Below, in pieces: positions 21,801-29,379 of a stretch of 64,000 nt of DNA. Below the pieces are notes generated by a model. It was not told the DNA's origin. It did no database searches and saw only the letters and a program-made list of their open reading frames with translations. This DNA is from Bacteroidota bacterium (GTDB lineage Bacteria > Bacteroidota > Ignavibacteria > UBA10030 > UBA8401): positions 4,547 to 68,546 of the forward strand of contig JABWAK010000001.1 in the NCBI GenBank assembly GCA_013361065.1, given 5' to 3'. The position numbers and the translations under genes were made by a program. The number at the start of each line of letters is the position of its first letter. The stretch's first letter is position 1.

Positions 21801-23141
21801 CGCATCATCCGGAAGGATGGCGCTCTCCGGTGGGTCCGCAACACACTGGTGCCGCGGCACGGAGCGGACGGAGTGCTCATCTCGTACGACGGATTGATCC
21901 AGGATATCACGGAACGGAAGACCGCCGAGGAAGGTCTGCGGCACAGCGAAGCACGCAACCGCGCTCTCGTGCGGACCATCCCGGACATCATGTTCGTTCA
22001 GGACGGACAGGGACGCTTCCTCGACGCCCATGTTCCGGAGACCGCCTTGCTCCTGATGCAGCCGGAATTGTTCATCGGCCGCACGATCGACGAACTGCTC
22101 CAGCTCGCTCTCTCCGGCCCCGCCCGGCCGTTCAGGGTCCTTTCCCCGGATATCCCCTCGACGGCCGACAGCGCGGAGGACATCCGAAGCTTTGTGAACA
22201 CTACCATAAGACCGAAACTCCGCCGGGCTCTGGAGACTGGAACGATGCAGCAATACCAGTATTCGATCATCCTGGGCGAGCAGAAAGAGTACTTCGAGGC
22301 ACACCTCATTGCCTTTGACGATGACAAGATCCTTCATATCATCCGGAACGTCACCGATAAGATGGTGTACGAGAACACCCTCCGCATGATGAACGAGGAA
22401 CTGGAGGAACGGGTCTTCCGCCGCACCCGCCAGCTCACCGAGGCGAACCAGGAACTGGAGGCATTCAGTTACTCCGTCTCTCACGACCTGCGTGCTCCGC
22501 TCCGCGCCATCGACTCCTTCTCTGCCATGCTGGTGGAAGGATATGAGGATAAGTTCGATGATGAAGGCCGGAGGCTCATCGGCGTGGTGCGCACCAGTAT
22601 CAAGAAGATGGACCAGCTCATCAATGGACTGCTCACCCTCTCGCGCATCGGGCGGAACGAACTCCGCCCGGCACACGTTGAGATGGGTGCGCTCGTCCGC
22701 GACCTGCTGCAGGAACATATGACGGATGAACAGCGCGGCCGGTATTCGGTGATCGTCGGGAAGCTCCCCGCCTGCCGGGCGGATGAGACCCTCGTCCGTC
22801 AGGCCATGACGAATCTCATCACCAACGCGGTGAAATACTCCGCCACGGTCGATGCACCGGTCATCGTCATCAGCGGCGCTGCGGACGGGGAGTTCATCCG
22901 GTACTCGGTGAAGGATAACGGCGTCGGCTTCGACCCGTCGAACACCAATAAACTGTTCGGCATCTTCCAGCGGCTGCATACCGAGGACCAGTTCAAAGGA
23001 CTCGGTATCGGACTCTCCATCGTGCAGCGGATCGTCCACCGGCACGGCGGACGGGTCTCCGCCGAAGGACAGCTGAACGGCGGCGCAACCTTCACCATCA
23101 CGCTGCCGGCGGCGACAGGTACGCAGGAGCAGGCATCATGA
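15828..23141 (+). CDS. Giant soluble multi-PAS/GAF sensor histidine kinase (~2,437 aa)
   Basis: Start chosen at the ATG at 15828 (MASPTTG..). About 14 PAS-to-PAS junction motifs of the type D(I/V)T(E/Q)RK...L..SE.RYR are visible, and at least one clear GAF block (ILLFDAHG...FIPLLHDGRLIGKFMVYY). The C-terminus has HisKA (FSYSVSHDLRAPLRAI) and HATPase_c (NLITNAVKYS...DNGVGFD...GLGIGLSIVQRIVHRHGG). I saw no TM segment and no receiver domain. Confidence 0.9.
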   Translation: MASPTTGSPRAAARRRQLKKKLNTVPAHRPSAHRPSPLPDPKILQTLAAVADGVLVVRRTGIIASADAGACSLLRSSRKRLIGQSLVSLVLPEERSSLRTAWKQLRVDGIMEFRFRTPDRSVSLRCHHDPASRSIIAALRDITAETRDKEARQAAELRYRMFIDNSSEGIWCFGLKRSMDIRLGVKEQIAWFFRYGYLMECNDAYAAMYGFTKAEEITGIMLRDVLDRKDPKNIAYLTSFITSGYRLRETETNERDRNGRIFTVANNLTGMVVNGRLINAWGTQRDVTERNRQEAALKESKESYEGLIRRLPFVVYTWRRTADGRRFIEYVSPQVEQLCGISAGELLAHQERFVSMIHPEDRQVFLERNVESVTTLEPFQYECRAALIGRERWLRFESTPRKMENGDVVWNGMLRDVTERVLAQRALSASEERYRNLVSNLNEGIWVIDAQAVTTMVNPRMAEIVGLPPERIIGRSLFDIVPKEDFSRVNTSIERRKRGVQEAREYTFRHPDGTAIHTVIETYPLTDPDGTYRGAVAAFTDVSEQREAADALRRQNEQLRFLVEASDRLVACNGEQEIYELMADMVTTFIPRSYAFVLSSSADGNTCRLSAMGGVNKTMLEAGKRLQRFDPFSQSFGPMKEYAEKFCSPKLRKYPGGLYETANKFLPKIVARGIEKLTGAQHSYSIGLADGESYLGYIFLLTADPIAVDAVTIESFIHQCYLALNRFAVLRQREQEALRRSILMDTSNDGIAVFSQDHRIIECNPRFCAMLGYSQNELLQMHTWDIEVNMTETEIRRAFADIANVRHTFETHHRRKDGSTFDVEISASGTKIGGIPLIITICRDITERKRMEDALRSSEERLRMYLEHSPAIITLVDRAGRITYINRTEGNYTPADFLGTNIFDTIHPGQHESVRSCLDETIRTGTMHAYETSATVDGETWWYENRVAPLNADRTELLITAINVTEQKRAEEARAAVAMEVRQSEESYRGLFNTVLDAIYIQDEHGVFIDVNEGAEAMYGYSRSEMIGRTPEFVAAPGRNDHLDFPVILRSVMRGANQQFEFWGRRKNGEIFPKDVRLSKGLYFGRPVIIALAQDISARKQMEQDRERQYDELRLLYAFVRDIARDQSEAPIYRHAVEYLAAGMRCPKASILLFDAHGVMQFMDAVGLSDGYKTAAARHSPWSIDTEDPQPIFVADVNEEPSLEALRPVILREGIRALGFIPLLHDGRLIGKFMVYYSEPHSFTEQESRLTQTIAQIVAQAVSRARNAQQLRQSEETLQNIFESLEEGVALNELVYDDRGTIVDYRILEVNRAFEHIALLPREQVIGRLATDIYQMPSEYITSFWNTHLHDSGAVKTDLYTDQIKSWKHVSTSIPKNGRFVTSFFDITEMKNTETALRTSEQYNRSLLETSPNAIAVTDLNGRIVDANARALRLFGFSDGESIIGMDIRERFSPALRADGERHFANLLGGTPIHQLMLPMMCKDGSTFIGEVNGTLVRDASGAPTYSMIVATDITQRVRADEELRLTNAQLKSLINSQTNFVVRTDMKGNYTFVNDQFCRTFGLRREDVIGADSRTTYLSEDTAAVEAVVMQCIAHPGTAFPVTVQKKHPQHGIAQTEWEFIAITDESGAPTEIQCVGHDVTEKHRAIEQLRISEERYRTVANFTYDWEMWIDAAGSIQYVSPSCERICGYGPGEIQADPSLLTAMVHPHDRQRVSDHQQHEFSGHEPHSLEYRILRRNGEERWMNHICRPIVTEDGRSLGRRISMRDITERKRHEEQIRWSEQRYRTMVENIHQAYYESDRFAKFTYCNPGMVILSGYTETELIGMISFRLVADEDRSRVIASYRRWMDAKRQKMSMEFRVRLKDATLFWVEQTTHFEFDEQGSFRKAVNFVKDITERKQAEERLHASELRYRQITEAITDYIYTVTVEGSVVSATKHGPGCLAVTGYAVEEFERDRFLWNTMIVPEDRPMVEARIRAVLENRTSQPVEHRIIRKDGALRWVRNTLVPRHGADGVLISYDGLIQDITERKTAEEGLRHSEARNRALVRTIPDIMFVQDGQGRFLDAHVPETALLLMQPELFIGRTIDELLQLALSGPARPFRVLSPDIPSTADSAEDIRSFVNTTIRPKLRRALETGTMQQYQYSIILGEQKEYFEAHLIAFDDDKILHIIRNVTDKMVYENTLRMMNEELEERVFRRTRQLTEANQELEAFSYSVSHDLRAPLRAIDSFSAMLVEGYEDKFDDEGRRLIGVVRTSIKKMDQLINGLLTLSRIGRNELRPAHVEMGALVRDLLQEHMTDEQRGRYSVIVGKLPACRADETLVRQAMTNLITNAVKYSATVDAPVIVISGAADGEFIRYSVKDNGVGFDPSNTNKLFGIFQRLHTEDQFKGLGIGLSIVQRIVHRHGGRVSAEGQLNGGATFTITLPAATGTQEQAS

Positions 23142-23686
23142 CAGCACGGGGGAACCCGACTGAATTCCGCAGCGAGCTCATGGAGCGATTGTTCGGACGG
23201 TATGCGCGTCCGGAGATGCTGCGGCTGGCGGAACGGATCGGCGATGATACGGAGCGCTTCGCCGTGGTCGCACGGATGGCGCTCTCGGCCGATGCCGCCG
23301 TCGTGATGCGCGCGTCGTGGCTGCTCACCATCTGCGCGGAACTGCGTCCCGCACTCGTCACACCATGGATCCCGAAGCTCCTCGCCGCTGCGGCGCGGCC
23401 CGGAGCGTCCGACGCGCTCCGGCGGAACATCGTCCGTTCGCTCCAGTTCATCGACATTCCGCGCCGGCACCAGGGACGCGCCGCCGACCTCTGCTTCGGG
23501 TTCCTGCAGGACGTCAAAGCACCCGTTGCCGTGAAAGCGTTCTCCATGACGGTGCTCGCCAACATCGCCATGAGCGAACCGGAACTGAAGCATGAGATCG
23601 TGCTGACCATTGAACAGCTGGTGCCGTACGGTTCGGCCGGCATCCGCTCCCGCGCGCGGAAGGTGCTCGCACAGCTCCGGAAATGA
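23138..23686 (+). CDS. Hypothetical all-helical (HEAT/ARM-repeat-like) protein, translationally coupled to the kinase
   Basis: 182-aa ORF whose ATG overlaps the kinase stop (ATGA at 23138-23141). The helix-rich sequence has repeat-like blocks (VVMRASWLLTICAE.., AVKAFSMTVLANIAM..). The fold assignment is a guess. Confidence 0.6.
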   Translation: MTARGNPTEFRSELMERLFGRYARPEMLRLAERIGDDTERFAVVARMALSADAAVVMRASWLLTICAELRPALVTPWIPKLLAAAARPGASDALRRNIVRSLQFIDIPRRHQGRAADLCFGFLQDVKAPVAVKAFSMTVLANIAMSEPELKHEIVLTIEQLVPYGSAGIRSRARKVLAQLRK

Positions 23687-23771
23687 TGTTGTTTCTCTCC
23701 TCATCCCTCCCTACATTGATGAGGGTCCTCTCCCGCTCATCGCACACATCATCACCACCAAAGGTCCTGCT

Positions 23772-25910
23772 ATGATCCGAAGCCTCATCACCCTGCTGAT
23801 CTGTTGTACCGTTCTGCCTGCTCAGACCATCACCTCACCCGCCGGGAAACTCTCCCTCACCGTCTCCATGACCGCGGACAGCACGCCGCAGTATACGCTC
23901 TCGCTCGGCGCGACTCCCGTCGCCGCACCGGGCCGGCTCGGCATCATGGTGAAGGACATCCCCTCGTTCCTCTCCGGATTCGTCGTGGCCAAAGCGGAGA
24001 CCTCGCTGGTGGATGAGTCGTGGGATCCCGTCCTCGGCGAAGTGAAGACCATCCGGAACCATTACCGCCAGCTGAAACTGACCCTCCGGCAGCCGGCGGT
24101 GAAGGACCGCATCATGATCCTCACCTTCCGCCTGTTCGATGAAGGCGTCGGCTTCCGCTATGAATTCCCGCAGCAGGACAATCTGAATTACTTCACCGTC
24201 ACCGGCGAACGGACCGAGTTCGCGATGACCGGCGACCACAGGATATTCTGGATGCCGGGGGATTTCGATACCAACGAGTACAAGTATGCCGAGACCGCGC
24301 TGAGCGGTGTGGATGCCGCCGCGTACAAGGACCGCGGCGAGATCTTCACCGCCGGTATCTCCGGCAATTCCATGGTGCAGACCCCGATTCAGATGCGGTC
24401 GAAGGATGGTCTGTACATCAATATCTTCGAAGCGGCACTCAACAACTATCCCGCCATGTGCCTGGATGTCGATACGAAAAGCTTCCTGCTCCGTTCCGTG
24501 CTCGCGCCGGATGCGGTCGGCAACCGCGCCTACCTGCAGGCGCCCGCGGTCACGCCGTGGAGGACCATCATCGTCAGCCGCAAAGCGGAAGAGGTCCTCG
24601 CATCCAAGATGATCCTGAACCTGAACGAACCGCTGAAGCTGACCGATGTCAGCTGGATCACCCCGGTGAAGTATGTCGGCGTCTGGTGGGAGATGCATGT
24701 GGATGTCGCCTCCTGGAACTACGCCGATGTACGGAACGTACGGATCGGCGAGACCGACTGGAATGCACTGAAACCGAACGGCCGCCACGGTGCCACAACA
24801 GCGCGCACCAAGGTCTATATCGATTTCGCGGCGAAGCACGGTTTCGACGGTGTGCTGGTGGAAGGATGGAATGTGGGATGGGAGGACTGGTTCGGCAACT
24901 GGAAGGAACAGGTGTTCGATTTCATCACGCCGTATCCCGACTTCGACGTGAAGGAGCTCCAGCGGTACGCAAAGGAGAAGGGGGTGAAGCTCATCATGCA
25001 TCATGAGACCTCCTCCTCCGTGACGAACTACGAACGGCAGCTGGACACCGCTTACCGCTTCATGAAGGCATATGGATATGACGCGGTGAAATCCGGTTAC
25101 GTCGGCAAGATCATCCCCCGCGGCGAGGTGCACGACGGACAGTGGATGGTGAACCATTATCTCCGCGCTGTGACGAAGGCGGCGGAGTACAAGATCATGG
25201 TCAACTCACATGAATCGGTCCGCCCCACCGGGATCCAGCGCACCTATCCCAACTGGATCGCGGCCGAAGCGGCCCGCGGCAACGAGTTCAATGCGTGGAG
25301 CTCCGGCAATCCCCCCGCGCACGAGACCATCCTCCCCTTCACCCGTTTGATGGGCGGACCGATGGATTACACGCCGGGTATCTTCCAGATCAAACGGAGC
25401 TTCTACGATCCCAAACGGACGGAGCAGGTGCACACCACGCTCGTCAAACAGCTCGCGCTGTACGTCACCATGTACTCACCGCTGCAGATGGCGGCGGACC
25501 TGCCGGAGAATTACGAAGCGAAGCCGGACGCGTTCCAGTTCATCAAGGATGTCGCTGCGGATTGGGATGACACGAGGATCCTCGAAGCGGAACCGGGCGA
25601 TTACATCACCATTGCGCGGAAGGCGAAGAACAAGGAATCGTGGTTCCTCGGCGCCATCACCGATGAGAATCCGCGGAAGACCACCGTCCCGCTCTCGTTC
25701 CTGGATGCGAAGAAGAAGTATGTCGCCACGATCTATGCCGACGCTCCGGATGCTCACTATCAGACCAATCCGATGGCCTACGTCATCAGCCGACACCTGG
25801 TCACCGGCAAGACCGCACTGAAGCTCTCCCTCGCTGCCAGCGGCGGTGCTGCCGTCAGCATCATTCCGGCGACGCCGCAGGAGGAGAAACAATTGAAACT
25901 CTATAAATAA
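23772..25910 (+). CDS. Glycoside hydrolase family 97 (alpha-glucosidase/alpha-galactosidase type)
   Basis: ATG at 23772 gives the signal peptide MIRSLITLLICCTVLPAQ. GH97-type motifs: VKYVGVWWEMH, GFDGVLVEGWN, IMHHETS, VNSHESVRPTGIQRTYPNWIAAEAARGNEFNAW, MGGPMDYTPGIF. Confidence 0.9.
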   Translation: MIRSLITLLICCTVLPAQTITSPAGKLSLTVSMTADSTPQYTLSLGATPVAAPGRLGIMVKDIPSFLSGFVVAKAETSLVDESWDPVLGEVKTIRNHYRQLKLTLRQPAVKDRIMILTFRLFDEGVGFRYEFPQQDNLNYFTVTGERTEFAMTGDHRIFWMPGDFDTNEYKYAETALSGVDAAAYKDRGEIFTAGISGNSMVQTPIQMRSKDGLYINIFEAALNNYPAMCLDVDTKSFLLRSVLAPDAVGNRAYLQAPAVTPWRTIIVSRKAEEVLASKMILNLNEPLKLTDVSWITPVKYVGVWWEMHVDVASWNYADVRNVRIGETDWNALKPNGRHGATTARTKVYIDFAAKHGFDGVLVEGWNVGWEDWFGNWKEQVFDFITPYPDFDVKELQRYAKEKGVKLIMHHETSSSVTNYERQLDTAYRFMKAYGYDAVKSGYVGKIIPRGEVHDGQWMVNHYLRAVTKAAEYKIMVNSHESVRPTGIQRTYPNWIAAEAARGNEFNAWSSGNPPAHETILPFTRLMGGPMDYTPGIFQIKRSFYDPKRTEQVHTTLVKQLALYVTMYSPLQMAADLPENYEAKPDAFQFIKDVAADWDDTRILEAEPGDYITIARKAKNKESWFLGAITDENPRKTTVPLSFLDAKKKYVATIYADAPDAHYQTNPMAYVISRHLVTGKTALKLSLAASGGAAVSIIPATPQEEKQLKLYK

Positions 25911-25937
25911 CCATCATATTCTCATAAAGGACATTCC

Positions 25938-26420
25938 ATGAAGATCGCAAAGGACAAGGTCGTTTCCATCGAATATACGCTGCGGGACGACGCAGGGACC
26001 ATCATCGACACCTCCGAAGGACGCGAACCGCTCGCATACCTGCACGGGAACGGCAACCTCATCCCCGGCCTGGAAGCACAGCTGGAGGGACACGGGGTTG
26101 ATGAGACGCTCAAAGTGGCGGTCGCCCCGGCGGACGGATACGGCGAATTCGATGCGTCCCAGGTGATCGACGTGCCGCGCAGCCAGTTCACCGGCGTGCC
26201 GGACCTTGCTGTTGGCATGCAGTTCACTGCGTCCGGTCCCGAAGGGCAGCGCATCGTCACCATCACCAAGGTCGGTCTCGAGACCGTCACGGTGGACGGG
26301 AACCATCCGCTGGCAGGACAGACGCTCAACTTCGATGTGAAGATCGTCGGCATCCGCGAAGCGAGCGCCGATGAGCTCAGCCACGGCCATGTGCACGGCG
26401 CCGGCGGACATCATCATTGA
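25938..26420 (+). CDS. slyD: FKBP-type peptidyl-prolyl isomerase SlyD
   Basis: MKIAKDKVVSIEYTLRDDAGTIIDTSEGREPLAYLHGNGNLIPGLEAQLEG.., an IF-domain segment, and a His-rich tail (HGHVHGAGGHHH). Confidence 0.9.
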   Translation: MKIAKDKVVSIEYTLRDDAGTIIDTSEGREPLAYLHGNGNLIPGLEAQLEGHGVDETLKVAVAPADGYGEFDASQVIDVPRSQFTGVPDLAVGMQFTASGPEGQRIVTITKVGLETVTVDGNHPLAGQTLNFDVKIVGIREASADELSHGHVHGAGGHHH

Positions 26421-26450
26421 ACGACTGTGACTGATGCTGAAACACAACAA

Positions 26451-26476
26451 CCCCGAGCCTTCTTCGGGGTTTTTTA
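26451..26476 (+). terminator. Rho-independent terminator of slyD
   Basis: ccccga(g)..tcgggg stem followed directly by TTTTTTATTTG. Confidence 0.7.
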
Positions 26477-26804
26477 TTTGTATTCTGAGGTTTGGGATAT
26501 GATAATTTGACAATTGCTTAATTGTCCGCCGTCCTCTCTCTGCCCCCTCGTCTTTCCGTCTTCGCGAGAGCCCTGTTTTGCATTCTTTCCTGAGCATCGA
26601 CCCTGCTCTATTGGGATTTGGAATTTGGGAATTGACAGTTGCTCCATTGTTCATTGTCTTTACCGCGTCTTTGCGCGAGTGCTGTTATGCATTTTTTCCT
26701 GAGCGTCGACCCTATTGGTTTGGGATTTGGAATTTGGGATTTGACAGTTGTTCCATTGTTCATTGTCCATTGTTTTTCCGCGTCGACCTTGCTGTTTTGG
26801 GATT

Positions 26805-26833
26805 TGGACATTGGATTTTGGGATTTTTATAAT
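26805..26833 (+). promoter_or_regulatory. Sigma70-like promoter element inside a repeat unit
   Basis: TGGACA-N17-TATAAT (5/6 and 6/6 matches to the consensus hexamers). Confidence 0.35.
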
Positions 26834-26973
26834 TGTTCCATTGTTCATTGTTGATTGTTCCTGCGCATCGACCCTGTTGGTTTGGGATTTGGAATTTGGA
26901 ATTTGGGATTTGATAGTTGCTCCATTGTTCATTGTCAATTGTTTTTCCGCGTCGACCTTGCTGTTTTGGGATT

Positions 26974-27001
26974 TGGACATTGGATTTTGGGATTGTATAA
27001 T
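26974..27001 (+). promoter_or_regulatory. Sigma70-like promoter element inside a repeat unit (second copy)
   Basis: TGGACA-N16-TATAAT, the duplicate of the element at 26805. Confidence 0.35.
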
Positions 27002-27067
27002 TGTTCCATTGTTCATTGTTGATTGGAATTTGTTCTTTGGAATTTGATAATTCTTTACGATTCTCAC

Positions 27068-27096
27068 TTGACAATCCATTCCCCCCTCCCTAGATT
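27068..27096 (+). promoter_or_regulatory. Candidate promoter of the VOC/SnoaL-like gene pair
   Basis: TTGACA-N17-TAGATT, about 45 nt upstream of the ATG at 27141. An additional TTGGAA-N17-GATAAT lies at 27023-27051. Confidence 0.4.
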
Positions 27097-27140
27097 CCTC
27101 CTGCTCCATCCACGATCATCCACAACAATCAGGGGACGCC

Positions 27141-27524
27141 ATGAACGCCAGCGACAATACACTCAATTGGTTCGAGATCTGTGTGACCGATATGCCGCGC
27201 GCCAAGAAGTTCTACGAGACCATCTTCGGCATCACGATGCAGAATTGGGATATGCCGGGATTCGAAATGGTGGTCTTCCCGGCCGACCCCGGCAACGGCA
27301 AGGTCTCCGGCGCGCTGGTAAAAAGCGAGATGCATACGCCGAGCATGGACGGTTCGGTGATCTATCTGAACGGTGATCCGGATCTGAGCGCTGCACTAGA
27401 CCGTGTGGAAGCGGCGGGCGGGAAGGTGCTGATGCCCAAGACCCACATCTCCGACGAGATCGGCTATATGGCATTCTTCGCAGACAGCGAAGGGAACCGT
27501 ATGGCGCTCCATTCCAATCATTGA
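27141..27524 (+). CDS. VOC/glyoxalase family protein
   Basis: 127 aa with LNWFEICVTDMPRAKKFYETIFG and AFFADSEGNRMALHS, typical VOC motifs. Confidence 0.8.
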   Translation: MNASDNTLNWFEICVTDMPRAKKFYETIFGITMQNWDMPGFEMVVFPADPGNGKVSGALVKSEMHTPSMDGSVIYLNGDPDLSAALDRVEAAGGKVLMPKTHISDEIGYMAFFADSEGNRMALHSNH

Positions 27525-27544
27525 CGCAGACAAGGGAATCGACG

Positions 27545-27991
27545 ATGGTTACCATGAGGATCACCGCACTGTGTATACTGCTCCTGCTGACCGGATGCGG
27601 GTCCGGTTCATCCCCCGCACCGGAGGCCGCAAAGAAGAACATCAGCATCGTCAAGGATGTCTACCGGCATTTCAACGCGCATGACTGGCGCTCCATGGCG
27701 GCGCTGTACAGCGATTCGGCGGAGTTCAAGGACCCGTCGTTCGGCACCGGTATCGTCCGGCAGACACGCCAACAGATCGAGGAGAAGTACGCGGAACTTC
27801 AGAGGATGTTCCCCGATGTCCGGGATGATATCGTGCAGATCTATCCGTCCGGCACCGATCATGTGGTGGTGGAGTTCGTCTCCTCCGCCACCGCACCGGA
27901 TGGTCAGCGCTTCACCCTGCCGATCTGCACCATCTTTGAATTGCGGAACGGTGTCATTGTGAAGGATTTCACCTACTACGACAATCAGTAA
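27545..27991 (+). CDS. SnoaL-like / NTF2-family lipoprotein
   Basis: ATG at 27545 gives MVTMRITALCILLLLTGCGSG (lipobox). KDVYRHFNAHDWRSMAALYSDSAEFKDPSFG is typical of SnoaL-like polyketide-cyclase-fold proteins. The track ORF starts at a TTG at 27521. Confidence 0.65.
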   Translation: MVTMRITALCILLLLTGCGSGSSPAPEAAKKNISIVKDVYRHFNAHDWRSMAALYSDSAEFKDPSFGTGIVRQTRQQIEEKYAELQRMFPDVRDDIVQIYPSGTDHVVVEFVSSATAPDGQRFTLPICTIFELRNGVIVKDFTYYDNQ

Positions 27992-28098
27992 CGCCGGACG
28001 CTTTTCGCTGTTTCTTTTCTCGGGATTTTGGGATATCATGCGGGTGCCGGCACCATGCACGTGGACCGGCACGGCGCCGAACATCACCGGGAACGCTT

Positions 28099-28968
28099 AT
28101 GCAGGATATCCGCAGCGAGATCCAGAAGATCAACGAGATCATTCCGATCCCCTCCACCGTCACGCTCATCCTCTCCCGCTCCATGCAGGGGGAGATGGCG
28201 AACAGCAAGCTCATCCAGCTCGTCGATTCCGATTCCGTCCTCACCGCTCTGGTGCTCCGCGCCGCGAACTCCGCCTTTTACAGCATCCGCGCCGGCGTCG
28301 CCACGGTCTCCCACGCCGTCACTATGCTCGGCTATACCGAGGTGAGCAGACTGGTGCTGACCTATGAATTGCGGCAGCGCATCTTCACCCTCGATCCGCA
28401 GCAGCGTGATTTCCTGAACCGGCTCTGGCTGCACAGTCTCTGCACCGCCACCACCGCGCGCATCATCGCCCGGTACCTCCGGCTCTCCACCGGCGGCGAG
28501 GAGTTCACCGCGGGACTGCTGCACGATATGGGAAAGATCGTTCTGGCGCAGCACTACTCCTTCTCCCGGCTCAAGGTGCGGGAGATGGTCGAGGAGTTGT
28601 TCCTCTCCGACCTCGAGGCGGAACGTCAGCTCTTTGCGATGGGACACGACGAGATCGGCGAGTATCTGGGACAGAATTGGAGACTCCCGGCCGTCATCAC
28701 CGACACGATGCGCTATCATCATGATCCCGCCTTCGACGGGCCGCACCGGATCATCACCTCCATCGTGCGTACGGCGGACCTGCTGGCGGAGCAATGGAAT
28801 CTCGGCATCACGGAACGCAGCACTCCGGTCCCGGTCCCCGAGGATCCCTGCTGGTCCGTGCTGACGGAGCAGTTCCCCGTTCTCACCGAAGAACCATTCG
28901 AGACCTTTGAAGAAAGCGTACGGATGGAATTCGAGAACAATCTTGCATTCTCGGAGTTGTTCAGCTGA
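28099..28968 (+). CDS. HDOD domain-containing signalling protein
   Basis: 289 aa with LVDSDSVLTALVLRAANSAFY, AVTMLGYTEV, LWLHSL and TAGLLHDMGKIVL, which are HDOD hallmarks. Confidence 0.85.
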   Translation: MQDIRSEIQKINEIIPIPSTVTLILSRSMQGEMANSKLIQLVDSDSVLTALVLRAANSAFYSIRAGVATVSHAVTMLGYTEVSRLVLTYELRQRIFTLDPQQRDFLNRLWLHSLCTATTARIIARYLRLSTGGEEFTAGLLHDMGKIVLAQHYSFSRLKVREMVEELFLSDLEAERQLFAMGHDEIGEYLGQNWRLPAVITDTMRYHHDPAFDGPHRIITSIVRTADLLAEQWNLGITERSTPVPVPEDPCWSVLTEQFPVLTEEPFETFEESVRMEFENNLAFSELFS

Positions 28969-29087
28969 AGGATGGTCGGCTAACGGAGGAGTATGAGGGC
29001 GAAAGCAGGTATTAGGTGTTGGGTACTAGGTACTAGCTTTGGGCTCGATAGTGCATCAATGTTGTAGATCAAGATTTTGTTGTTTGC

Positions 29088-29330
29088 TCTATTGTCCATT
29101 GTTAATTGTTAATTCTCAAAAGATTCTTTCCTTCCGCATTTCTCCGAGGCATCGTTTTTCATTTTTTATTTCTGCGTTGATCTGCGTAATCTGCTTCCGC
29201 CCCAAAACATCATCAAGGCGGAATGCCGCCGTGTATTTAAAGCGTGGCGGCAGGGACGCTCTTCCTGCGCATCGATCTTGCTCAATTGTCCATTGTCAAT
29301 TGTCAATTGCTCCTCGCGCGTCGACCTTGG
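29088..29330. repeat. Dispersed, degenerate copy of the 26.5-27.0 kb repeat family
   Basis: Shares attgtccattgttaattgtt, ttcctgcgcatcga..ttgctc.attgtccattgtcaattg and cgcgtcgaccttgg with the tandem array. AT-rich and non-coding. Confidence 0.55.
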
Positions 29331-29379
29331 AACATTGAACCGATGATCCATTGACTCAATGAATCAATCCCAATAGTTA

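Larger units (their letters stand above)
26480..27030. repeat. AT-rich higher-order tandem repeat (~84-bp units alternating as two types, ~170-bp period)
   Basis: The core ttccattgttcattgt recurs at 26642, 26751, 26836, 26920 and 27004. Unit starts: cctgagc(a/g)tcgaccc at 26589 and 26698, cctgcgcatcgaccc at 26870, ccgcgtcgaccttgctgttttgggatttggacattggattttggg at 26778 and 26947. Units 26698-26869 and 26870-27030 are near-identical. Confidence 0.85.

Noticed and set aside
26480-27100. A possible CRISPR array, suggested by regularly spaced ~17-nt conserved cores.
   Set aside because: The sequences between the cores are themselves repeated (a higher-order tandem repeat), so there are no unique spacers. 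The unit length and AT-rich composition are atypical, and there are no cas genes in the window.
26514-27109. Several 60-150-aa ORFs on both strands inside the repeat array (e.g. 26660-27109 minus, 26748-27047 plus). Similar ORFs occur at 29039-29351.
   Set aside because: Their translations are low-complexity reflections of the DNA repeat (FGIWNLGFDSCSIVHC.., NNGTIIKIPKSNVQIPK..). They overlap one another in multiple frames, lack SD sequences, and have AT-rich codon usage unlike the real genes.
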